NCBI GenBank assembly: GCA_038062065.1
Contig: JBBTXX010000010.1
Coordinates: forward strand, 1 to 42,279
Direction: 5' to 3'
Source: Patescibacteria group bacterium
Lineage (GTDB): Bacteria > Patescibacteriota > Minisyncoccia > Phycocordibacterales > JAKFXT01
Length of the DNA: 42,279 nucleotides
The translations under genes were made by a program, and so were the position numbers. Below, in pieces: positions 8,183 through 15,670 of this stretch. A model generated the notes under the pieces. It was given only the letters and a program-made list of their open reading frames with translations, was not told the origin of the DNA and searched no databases. Position 1 is the first letter of the stretch. Every line of letters starts with the position of its first letter.

Positions 8183-8947
8183 TTATTTTTCGCTAGTTAG
8201 CTTTAGAAAAACTTGTTCCAAACGCCCGCCACGGTAGGTGCCCATTTCTTCCCCAGATTTCTCCTCGTGGAGAGCCAGAACCTCGGCCATACTTCCCTGC
8301 GCCACAATTTCTCCCTTATTAATAATCGCCACATGTTTTGCCAATTGTTCTGCTTCCTCCAGATAGTGTGTGGTTAAGAGAATGGTTAAACCCCCCGCTG
8401 TAAGTGAACGCAAGTAGTCCCACATACTTCTACGCAGTTCCACATCTACTCCCGCAGTCGGCTCATCCAGAATCAAGAACTTGGGCCCGTGGATGAGCGC
8501 TCGAGCAATCATAAGGCGCCTCTTCATACCCCCGGAAAGAGTCATGCTATTCTGTGACATTTTCTCGCCAAGTCCCAAATCGGTAAGTAGTTTTTTGGCT
8601 CGCGGAATCGCGATTGACCGAGGAATCCCATAGTAACCGCCTTGATTGACCACTATATCCAGAGGTTTTTCAAACGGATTGAAATTAACTTCCTGTCCCA
8701 CCAGACCAATGTAGGTTTTGGCAACTTCCGTTTCGGAATCAATATCGTGTCCAAAAACTTCTACTTTTCCGTCGGTCTTATTTACCAATCCAGTCACAAT
8801 GCCAATCAGGGTTGTTTTGCCGGCGCCGTTTGGGCCAAGCAGAGCGAAAAAATCTCCAGAGGGAACCTCGAGTGAAATTCCTTTGAGAGCAGAAGTTCCG
8901 CTAGCGTAGGTTTTCTTTAGGTCTTTTACAGACAGGGCGTAGGGCAT
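8183..8947 (-). CDS. ABC transporter ATP-binding protein
   Basis: Walker A GPNGAGKTT, signature LSGGMKRR and Walker B FLILDEPTAG. Confidence 0.92.
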   Translation of the reverse strand: MPYALSVKDLKKTYASGTSALKGISLEVPSGDFFALLGPNGAGKTTLIGIVTGLVNKTDGKVEVFGHDIDSETEVAKTYIGLVGQEVNFNPFEKPLDIVVNQGGYYGIPRSIAIPRAKKLLTDLGLGEKMSQNSMTLSGGMKRRLMIARALIHGPKFLILDEPTAGVDVELRRSMWDYLRSLTAGGLTILLTTHYLEEAEQLAKHVAIINKGEIVAQGSMAEVLALHEEKSGEEMGTYRGGRLEQVFLKLTSEK

Positions 8948-8955
8948 TTTTTAAT

Positions 8956-9561
8956 TTAACAACCAAGTTCTCCTGTTGTGCAGGGCGAGAGCAGCCCGCT
9001 TCTGGGCCAAACGCCCGGCTCTTTGCCAATCACCACATAATCTTCCGGTAAAGCGCTGGCCCATTCATGCTCGTGATTCCAAAGTTTCCAATAATATCTC
9101 CACTCATTCCATCCTATATTCAGGTGTTTAACATAGATACCCTTTTCTGCCAGAATATTTCCCACCTTGCGGCTGGTCATACAGGGTATGGAGTAACAGT
9201 AAGTAACTATCTGTTTATCTTCCGGTAGTTCACGAAAGGAGTTCATTATTCTATCTGTTTCATCGTAGGCGGAGGTGTTTTTGTCCTTGTAGGCCGGAAT
9301 GTTTATGGCGGTTGGTATATGCGCGGCCGCATATTCTTCCGCACTACGCAGATCTACCAATACATATTTATTCTCTCCCCTGTCTAGGGAAGTCCGCAGA
9401 GAATGCGGGGACACGGAAACCGCCACTTCAGTCGCGTAAAAATCCCTAATTAAACGCTCCTCGTTTTTGGGTAGATAGACCGACATTCCGTACCCAGCAA
9501 CCCCGCCAATAATAAGAGCCAACAAAAACGAAACTCTGCTCTGCGCAAAAATATTTTGCAT
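8956..9561 (-). CDS. Membrane-anchored rhodanese-domain protein
   Basis: It has an N-terminal TM segment, a rhodanese core (VLVDLRSAEEY..AHIPTAINIP) and a Cys loop (VTYCYSIPCMTSRK). The C-terminus ends CTTGELGC. Confidence 0.7.
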   Translation of the reverse strand: MQNIFAQSRVSFLLALIIGGVAGYGMSVYLPKNEERLIRDFYATEVAVSVSPHSLRTSLDRGENKYVLVDLRSAEEYAAAHIPTAINIPAYKDKNTSAYDETDRIMNSFRELPEDKQIVTYCYSIPCMTSRKVGNILAEKGIYVKHLNIGWNEWRYYWKLWNHEHEWASALPEDYVVIGKEPGVWPRSGLLSPCTTGELGC

Positions 9562-9579
9562 GTTACTTTTTCTTAACTT

Positions 9580-10725
9580 CTAATCGCAGCTTGTGCCAAG
9601 CCCGCCGACGCAAGATTCTTCCGGAGCTGGTCCTCTTTCAGGACACTTTTCCGAATAAATACAGGCGTCGTCGGAGACGCTCTCAAGCTGGAAAAGAGGG
9701 TTTTCGCTCTTGGGTCCGTAAGAAATCACTAATTTGTCCAGGTCCTTGGGTTCGTAACTGCCAAATTCGGAATTAGTTTTGCCGTTAACAAAAAATTTTA
9801 AGGTTTTGCCGGAACCATTACAATATTTACTCCCCGTATCAGTCGTAAAACATTCCTTAGTAAACCCCATGCCGAGACTCTTAAAAAACTCCCCGATAAA
9901 GACTCCTTTCTTGTGTTTATGAATTACTTTACCGTTTCCGTCGTGAAGGTGTAGCCATTCATTTTTCTCCTTACCTTCCTCAGACTGGTACTTAGCTAAA
10001 GAAAAATCTATTTTCTTACCATCAAGATATACGGCGAAATCAGCGTGAGAGTGCTCGGCGACCTCCACCTCTTTAATGGGGGCCTTATCTATAGCGTCTT
10101 TTATAAGAGCGTCGAACGCTTCCAGACTGCCCGGACTCCCAAGTTTTTTACCGTTCAGAAAAAAGGTAGGGGTAGAATTAACCCCGAGAGAGATGCCACT
10201 GGCGCTCTGATCCCCAACTATTGCAGCAATAGAAGCGTCGTCTATATCCGAAGCGAACCGGGCTTCATCTAGCCCAAGTTCCACTGCGTATCGGCTAAAT
10301 ATACTCCTGGCGTTCAGATTCTCGGACCATTCGCTCTGATTTTCAAACAAAAGGTCGTGCATCTCAAAAAATTTACCCTGCCGCCCAGCGGCTTCGGAAG
10401 CATAAGCAGCAATACGGGCGTTCTTGTGCTGGGGCAGAGGAAAATGCCGGTACACAAACTTTATATCGTCCTCATATTTCTGGAGAAGCTGCTTAACTAC
10501 CGGGTGGTAAGCACCACAGGCTGGACACTGGAAGTCACTATATTCAATTAGAAGCACTCCTTTACCCCCCTTGCCGGTGACATGATCATTGTCTGCAACT
10601 TGGTCAGATAGATAAGAAGTGTCATTACCGCTTCCAGGAGTACTGCCAAAATAGACAGCGGTTCCTATACCAATTACTACGAGCAATAATACCGCCCCCA
10701 CAATCCATACTTGAGTTTTATCCAT
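9580..10725 (-). CDS. DsbA/thioredoxin-fold thiol:disulfide oxidoreductase fused to a His/Cys-rich C-terminal domain
   Basis: It has an N-terminal TM segment, a CPAC active site (FQCPACGAYHP) and a DsbA-like helical insert. A ~160-aa extension follows (HSHADFAVYLDGKKIDF...LHLHDGNGKVIHKH...). I moved the start to the ATG at 10725, immediately after the NUDIX stop. Confidence 0.75.
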   Translation of the reverse strand: MDKTQVWIVGAVLLLVVIGIGTAVYFGSTPGSGNDTSYLSDQVADNDHVTGKGGKGVLLIEYSDFQCPACGAYHPVVKQLLQKYEDDIKFVYRHFPLPQHKNARIAAYASEAAGRQGKFFEMHDLLFENQSEWSENLNARSIFSRYAVELGLDEARFASDIDDASIAAIVGDQSASGISLGVNSTPTFFLNGKKLGSPGSLEAFDALIKDAIDKAPIKEVEVAEHSHADFAVYLDGKKIDFSLAKYQSEEGKEKNEWLHLHDGNGKVIHKHKKGVFIGEFFKSLGMGFTKECFTTDTGSKYCNGSGKTLKFFVNGKTNSEFGSYEPKDLDKLVISYGPKSENPLFQLESVSDDACIYSEKCPERGPAPEESCVGGLGTSCD

Positions 10726-10726
10726 A

Positions 10727-11209
10727 TTAGTTTTGTCTAGACCAGCCGGACTTATCACCTTTTAAATACTTCTCCGCAAGTACCAATTCATCCCGAATTC
10801 CGTCAATCAACTCATATTTCTTGGCTTCTTCCGCTGTAACCCAGGCATATTGGTCGGTCTCGCTTTCCTGCAACTTAACCTCTCCGCTATCATAATCGGC
10901 CAGGCAAGAAATTATCAAAGCGTGTCCGTCCGGATACTCGGCAATTATACTCGTTAGATACCTAACATTTTTTATAGATAATCCGACTTCCTCCATAACC
11001 TCACGGGTGAGAGTATTCTCTAGAGCGTTATACCACGCGTCTACGGTGTCTTTAGGTAGGGTTGCATAATCTGCGGGTTCCAGGTTCCCGCCAGGGACTG
11101 TCCACTTAAGAGGCCAGCGCTTTTTATTTGCCGAACGCCTAGTAATAAGAAATTTCCCGTCTTTAATTACTACTGCGGTAATAGCGACTCTGTATAGATT
11201 CTCGATCAT
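10727..11209 (-). CDS. NUDIX hydrolase
   Basis: It carries a Nudix box (GGNLEP...REVMEEVGL). I moved the start to the ATG at 11209 (MIENLYRVAI...) to avoid overlap with the secA 3' end. Confidence 0.8.
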   Translation of the reverse strand: MIENLYRVAITAVVIKDGKFLITRRSANKKRWPLKWTVPGGNLEPADYATLPKDTVDAWYNALENTLTREVMEEVGLSIKNVRYLTSIIAEYPDGHALIISCLADYDSGEVKLQESETDQYAWVTAEEAKKYELIDGIRDELVLAEKYLKGDKSGWSRQN

Positions 11210-11214
11210 ATTTA

Positions 11215-13710
11215 TTACCCTACCAGTTTCCAGCCGGAAGCCACAAGGATCTCGGCTTTCTTCCACTTCATAACCTTGGTCTCTTTGCCGTCGGTAATGG
11301 TCACCGTGTCATTGCGACCGATTCTACCCCCACCAACAACCGCACCTTCCTTGGTCAAGTCCCTAGCCGTCCCCTCAATGGAATTACTACGCTCCGGCGC
11401 AAAGGCACTCCCGGAGAGATGTGGCAAAAGCCCTATAATCTGAGCAGGGATAGAAATTTCCATATCCTTAAAAAGTTTAAGTCCTTCTTTTTTATATTCC
11501 GCTAGAGGGTCTCTCTGTCCATAAGCCCGGAGATTCACGCTTTCCCGCAGATATTCCATAGCTTCCAGGTGGTCTATCCAGAACATGTCCAGAGTCTGGA
11601 GAAGAAGCCGGCGTAGAGCCCGGAAAAAATCATCCTCGCCAAGAGATTCTTTCTTTTCCAGAATAATTCTCTCCATATCCAGGTCACCCTTTATGAACCC
11701 CGACAGAAGTTCCCAAACCTCTTCATTTTTACCAAGCAGGATGACCCGGCGGCGGCCGTAGTGAACCATGCGCTGATGATTAAGAACGCTGTCGTACTCT
11801 AGAATATGTTTGCGGCGGTCAAAATTAAAACCTTCAATTTTCCCCTGCGCCGCCTCCAGCGAGCGGGTGACCATACGGCTCTGAAGGGGCTCATCTTCCG
11901 GGATACCGAAACTGCCCATCAGACTCTTAACTGTATCCGACGCAAAAACCCTCATTAAATCGTCCTCCAGGGACACAAAAAATTGGGTTTCCCCGGGGTC
12001 GCCCTGACGACCGGAACGCCCTCGAAGCTGATTATCAATACGCCTAGCTTCATGTCGTTCAGTTCCAAGCACAAACAAACCTCCTAGTTTTTTTATTTCT
12101 TCGTAAAACTCCAGAGTGCCGGGAACGCCACCCAGCTTTATATCCACTCCCCGTCCTGCCATATTGGTCGCAATGGTCACAGCCCCCGGTTTACCCGTCT
12201 GAGCCACTATCTCGGCTTCCCTTTCGTGATTTTTGGCGTTAAGAATCTCGTGTGGCACTCCCTCTTGCTTCAGATAGGCGGAGAGCATTTCATTTTTTTC
12301 TATAGAAACCGTACCGATCAGAACCGGTTGTCCTTTCTTGTGCAGTTCGCCGACCTTTCTGGCGATGGCTTTAAACTTGCCCTTTTCGGTTTGGAAAATA
12401 AAATCATCCCGGTCCATACGGGCGGAAGGTCTGTTGGTCGGGATGACCACGGTTTCAATTCCGTATACTTTATAAAATTCCTCCGCGGAAGTAGCGGCGG
12501 TACCGGTCATACCGGAGAGCTTTTCATACAAACGGAAATAATTTTGGTAGGTAACCGAGGCAAAAGTCCGGTTCTCTCTCTCAATCGCCACCCCTTCTTT
12601 GGCCTCCACCGCCTGATGTAACCCCTCGCTCCAGCGCCTTCCGGGCTGCATACGGCCGGTGAACTCATCCACAATAATTACCTTGCCGTCTTTGACTACA
12701 TATTCCTTATCCCGCCTGAAAAGAGCCTTGGCTCTGACTGCAGTTTCCAGATGATGTACAAAACGCACACCTTTCTCGGTATAAATATCAGAAATGCCCA
12801 GAAGTTTTTCGGACTTGGTTATACCTGCGTCCGTCAGCGAGGCCTGGCGGTGTTTTTCTTCCACTATATAGTCCTCTACTTCTTTGAGTTCCCTGGCTAC
12901 CCGCGCAAAAGTCCGATATAAATCCTCCGATTCTGCGGCCGGAGCAGAAATAATCAGGGGTGTGCGGGCTTCGTCTATCAATATGGAGTCTACTTCGTCC
13001 ACAACCGCATAAGGATGACCTCTTTGGCGCAGTCTTTCGGGCTCGTACTCTATATTGTCCCGCAGATAATCAAACCCGAACTCGCTGTTGGTACCGTAAG
13101 TTATGTCCACAGCATATGCCTCCCGACGGGTGGAAGGGCGCAAAAATTCGTGCAGTACTTTAAAGGAACCTAGTTCGTCCCGCTCCCTATCTTTCTCTGT
13201 GTGAGCCGGATCGTAAATCCAGGATTCGTCGTGACCTATGGAAGATATAGAGAGGCCGAGCGCGTTGTAAATTTGCCCCATCCAAACCGCGTCGCGCCTG
13301 GCCAAATAGTCGTTGACCGTAATCACATGCACACCCTTGCCGGAAAGCGCGTTTAAATAGACCGGGAGAGTGGCCACCAGAGTTTTACCCTCACCAGTCC
13401 TCATTTCCGCAATCCCCCGGCGGTGAAGCACAATTCCGCCCATGAGCTGAACATCAAAGTGACGCTGACCTAAGGTCCGCTTCCCGGCCTCCCGGACCGC
13501 AGCAAAAGCTTCCGGTAAAAGTTCTTCCAGAGTCTCCCCTTTTTCTAAACGCTGTTTAAATTCTTTGGTCTTCAACTTCAATGTCTCATTAGAAAGGGCC
13601 GAAAAGGAGGGTTCCAGGGAGTTTACCCTAGCAACTATGGGGAGTAGAGCTTTGACGGCTCTATCACCTCCAGAGATGGTTTTTAGGCCTTGTTTTAGCC
13701 ACGAAAGCAT
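11215..13710 (-). CDS. secA: Preprotein translocase ATPase SecA (no C-terminal zinc-finger)
   Basis: 831 aa with MRTGEGKTLVATLP, DEVDSILIDEARTPLIIS and TNMAGRGVDIKLGG. The tail after GRND lacks the CPCGSGKK motif. Confidence 0.97.
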   Translation of the reverse strand: MLSWLKQGLKTISGGDRAVKALLPIVARVNSLEPSFSALSNETLKLKTKEFKQRLEKGETLEELLPEAFAAVREAGKRTLGQRHFDVQLMGGIVLHRRGIAEMRTGEGKTLVATLPVYLNALSGKGVHVITVNDYLARRDAVWMGQIYNALGLSISSIGHDESWIYDPAHTEKDRERDELGSFKVLHEFLRPSTRREAYAVDITYGTNSEFGFDYLRDNIEYEPERLRQRGHPYAVVDEVDSILIDEARTPLIISAPAAESEDLYRTFARVARELKEVEDYIVEEKHRQASLTDAGITKSEKLLGISDIYTEKGVRFVHHLETAVRAKALFRRDKEYVVKDGKVIIVDEFTGRMQPGRRWSEGLHQAVEAKEGVAIERENRTFASVTYQNYFRLYEKLSGMTGTAATSAEEFYKVYGIETVVIPTNRPSARMDRDDFIFQTEKGKFKAIARKVGELHKKGQPVLIGTVSIEKNEMLSAYLKQEGVPHEILNAKNHEREAEIVAQTGKPGAVTIATNMAGRGVDIKLGGVPGTLEFYEEIKKLGGLFVLGTERHEARRIDNQLRGRSGRQGDPGETQFFVSLEDDLMRVFASDTVKSLMGSFGIPEDEPLQSRMVTRSLEAAQGKIEGFNFDRRKHILEYDSVLNHQRMVHYGRRRVILLGKNEEVWELLSGFIKGDLDMERIILEKKESLGEDDFFRALRRLLLQTLDMFWIDHLEAMEYLRESVNLRAYGQRDPLAEYKKEGLKLFKDMEISIPAQIIGLLPHLSGSAFAPERSNSIEGTARDLTKEGAVVGGGRIGRNDTVTITDGKETKVMKWKKAEILVASGWKLVG

Positions 13711-13768
13711 TGGTTTGGTACTTTAACACGAACCCGTCATTCCGTGTAAGAAAGGTCCTAGTTTAATA

Positions 13769-13800
13769 CGCAAAAACCCCTCCGGAGAGGGGTTTTTGCG
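13769..13800. terminator. Bidirectional rho-independent terminator-like hairpin
   Basis: cgcaaaaacccctc-cgga-gaggggtttttgcg has a perfect 14-bp stem, with an A-tract and a T-tract inside the arms. Confidence 0.7.
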
Positions 13801-13842
13801 TAAAGTGGGAGCGAAGAAAGATTCCTCGCCCGGTTAAAGAAG

Positions 13843-13914
13843 TTAGCGTCTCTTCTTTCTTTTAGCGGCTTTTTTCTTTCCTTTTTTTGCCGCCTTTCGC
13901 TTTTTCTTGGCCAT
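13843..13914 (-). CDS. Candidate 23-aa polybasic micro-protein (MAKKKRKAAKKGKKKAAKRKKRR)
   Basis: An ATG..TAA frame of 24 codons lies in a 70-nt polypurine tract, with the strong terminator 43 nt downstream. No clear SD is present, so it may be a chance ORF. Confidence 0.25.
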   Translation of the reverse strand: MAKKKRKAAKKGKKKAAKRKKRR

Positions 13915-14143
13915 GAAGAGCTTTTTACGGATACGTAATGGCGTCTCGGCGACCATTCATCTCGCTAGTATGCAAAACTGTAAACAAGCAAAACGAACTA
14001 TAACTCCGAACAACGCTCTACATGGAATTATCGTACCCTGTAGTATAAAACTCAATGTATAAAAAACTTTTGTGTGGATAACCCAAAATGGAAGTTTTAA
14101 GTTGTAGGTCCCAATTTACAAGTTTGAAAAAGTTTCTGAAAAC

Positions 14144-15178
14144 TTAAACCTGCAAATTCCCCCATTCTACTCCAGGGGTCATGACTTCCGGCTCCAGAGT
14201 TACACCGGTTTCCTCAAAAATTTTTTGACGCATTTCTTCCGCCAAAACGACTACTTCCGAACTCTTGGCCCCGGGTTCCGCGACTATAACCAGAGCGTGC
14301 CGCGGCGCAGTTCCAACCATACCGCGACGAACCCCCTTGAACCCTCCCACTTTATCCAAAAGCCACCCGGCAGGTACTTTAAAGGTATCGACACCTTCTC
14401 TTAGAAGCGGTACCTCCGGGAATTTAAGAGCCAAAGAACGAAATATATCCCCCGGAACAACCGGGTGCTTGAAAAAAGAACCAGCGGTGCCAATCTTTCT
14501 CCAGTCCGGTAGTTTCTCGGCGCGTATACAGAGGACGACCTCCCTCACCTCTTTAAGATTCGGTGACGGACGGCTCTCCAAACGCCTTCTCAAGTCCGGA
14601 TAAGACAAACTTGGAGAGAAGTTAACGGAAAGTTTCAGAGTTACTTTGAGTACTATGAGATGCGGATTTGTTTTAAAAATGCTGGAGCGGTAAGCAAAGT
14701 CACAATCGCCGGCAGAAAACTTTTTTAATTCGCCGCTACCGGCGTCAAACACTTCCGCTTCCAAAAATACATCTTTAATTTCACGTCCGTAAGCCCCGAT
14801 GTTCTGGACCAAGGCCCCGCCGACCGTACCCGGAATGCCTGAGAGATTTTCAATACCAGATAAATTACCAGTGACTGCAAGCATGACTAGAGAATCCCAG
14901 TTTTCACCGGCTCCAGAGTAAATGGAAACGGAATCTTCCGAACGGACAATTTCAATCCCGGTAAAACTTATTTTGATGACCAAACCAGGAAAGCCGTCGT
15001 CTCTAAAAAGGGTATTACTCCCACCTCCGACAACTATAAATGGAACCCCTTTTTCTTTAGAGAAACTTATGGCCCCTTTTAAATCCTCTATGTTTTTAAC
15101 TTCACAAAAAAACCTAGCAAAACCACCAAGACGAAAAGTGGTTATTCCCGTAAGGGAAAAATCTGGAATTATATTCAT
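14144..15178 (-). CDS. murB: UDP-N-acetylenolpyruvoylglucosamine reductase
   Basis: 344 aa with an FAD-binding N-terminus (TTFRLGG.A..F..V...EDL....F......PF.VVGGGSNTLF) and a MurB C-terminal domain. Confidence 0.92.
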   Translation of the reverse strand: MNIIPDFSLTGITTFRLGGFARFFCEVKNIEDLKGAISFSKEKGVPFIVVGGGSNTLFRDDGFPGLVIKISFTGIEIVRSEDSVSIYSGAGENWDSLVMLAVTGNLSGIENLSGIPGTVGGALVQNIGAYGREIKDVFLEAEVFDAGSGELKKFSAGDCDFAYRSSIFKTNPHLIVLKVTLKLSVNFSPSLSYPDLRRRLESRPSPNLKEVREVVLCIRAEKLPDWRKIGTAGSFFKHPVVPGDIFRSLALKFPEVPLLREGVDTFKVPAGWLLDKVGGFKGVRRGMVGTAPRHALVIVAEPGAKSSEVVVLAEEMRQKIFEETGVTLEPEVMTPGVEWGNLQV

Positions 15179-15264
15179 GTGGCGCGCTCGCGCGGCTAGC
15201 GGGTGTCGGCTCCAAGCAAATATCTATGTGAGTGCAGCCGCTAGCCACGCGAACGTACACAGGC

Positions 15265-15292
15265 AGTATAGAAAGACGGTAAAAAAATGCAA
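15265..15292 (-). promoter_or_regulatory. Candidate murB promoter (TTGCAT-16-TATACT)
   Basis: On the minus strand, TTGCAT (15292-15287) and TATACT (15270-15265) are separated by a 16-nt spacer, immediately after the upstream terminator. Confidence 0.3.
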
Positions 15293-15294
15293 AG

Positions 15295-15324
15295 CCGCCG
15301 CCAGCTTTCTTTAGCTGGCGGCGG
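15295..15324 (-). terminator. Rho-independent terminator
   Basis: An 11-bp GC stem (ccgccgccagc/gctggcggcgg) has an 8-nt loop. On the minus strand it is followed by ctttgcattttttta. Confidence 0.7.
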
Positions 15325-15349
15325 AATTCTTGGGTCCAAGCTGTTAGGC

Positions 15350-15541
15350 CTAGACCAGATGCAGAGCGAGCGCGCCCAAGAAAAGGAACCCGGCCAAACG
15401 CTGAAACCCCGTCAACGGAACATCGATCGTATCCCTGATAGAGCGACGAAAACGCATCGGCGTTTGTGCCACGAACGACTTCTTCATCCCGCAAGTCCGG
15501 GGAATCCGGAAGTACGGAACTCCCGCAACGCGTTTAGCCAT
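15350..15541 (-). CDS. Candidate 63-aa tail-anchored small protein. Alternatively, the coding-looking part of a structured ncRNA.
   Basis: An SD GGAGGG lies 7 nt upstream of the ATG. The product is MAKRVAGVPYFRIPRTCGMKK...FQRLAGFLFLGALALHLV, with a basic N-terminus and a hydrophobic C-terminus. Its G/C-ending codon usage is unlike the neighbouring genes. Confidence 0.3.
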   Translation of the reverse strand: MAKRVAGVPYFRIPRTCGMKKSFVAQTPMRFRRSIRDTIDVPLTGFQRLAGFLFLGALALHLV

Positions 15542-15571
15542 GTCTTGCCCTCCAAAAATTTACTGACGTGT

Positions 15572-15599
15572 ATTATAACACTGTAAAGTATAAAATCAA
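15572..15599 (-). promoter_or_regulatory. Near-consensus sigma-70-type promoter with an extended -10
   Basis: The minus strand reads TTGATT-16 nt-TATAAT, with TGt immediately 5' of the -10. It sits between the upstream terminator and the GC-rich unit. Confidence 0.6.
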
Positions 15600-15626
15600 G
15601 TGGTGCGGAGGATGTAAAAATATACG

Positions 15627-15653
15627 CCCCGGAGACTATGTAAATCTCCGGGG
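15627..15653 (-). terminator. Rho-independent terminator of the MlaC-like gene
   Basis: A 9-bp stem (ccccggaga/tctccgggg) is followed on the minus strand by cgtatattttta. Confidence 0.65.
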
Positions 15654-15670
15654 CAGTAAATTTAATCCTA

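Larger units (their letters stand above)
15181..15376 (-). other. GC-rich structured RNA segment closed by an 11-bp long-range helix that abuts the murB start codon
   Basis: ggcgcgctcgc (15181-15191) is the exact reverse complement of gcgagcgcgcc (15366-15376). The enclosed hairpins are gcggctagcgg/ccgctagcc (15191-15248) and the terminator stem at 15295-15324. Confidence 0.4.

Noticed and set aside
12226-12621. A 131-aa plus-strand ORF inside secA, and similar internal antisense ORFs (for example 26259-26702, 24224-24592, 14265-14603 and 22775-23131)
   Set aside because: All are embedded antisense or out of frame within strongly supported genes. They have no SD or promoter context and give low-complexity products.
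15290-15450. tmRNA-like features on the minus strand: ...gttccgttgacgggg... resembling GGAUUCGACGGG, and a short frame ending ...NSAAS-TAA in the loop of a hairpin
   Set aside because: I could find no T-arm or acceptor 3' strand (..TCCACCA). The tag-like frame is interrupted by in-frame stops only 11 codons upstream and lacks the usual hydrophobic ..LAA-type ending. The hairpin is better explained as a terminator.
15348-15501. RNase P RNA-like motifs on the plus strand: GCCTAGA (15348-15354), GAACCCGGC (15386-15394, like CR-V ACAGAACCCGGCUUA) and AAGTCCGGG (15493-15501, like CR-I GGAAAGUCCGGGC)
   Set aside because: The motif order is wrong, since the CR-V-like motif precedes the CR-I-like one. 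There is no room upstream for the S-domain without overlapping murB. P4 pairing between the two motifs is incomplete, and the only good promoter faces the other way. The region is kept as an unexplained structured region instead. Rfam cmscan should settle it.
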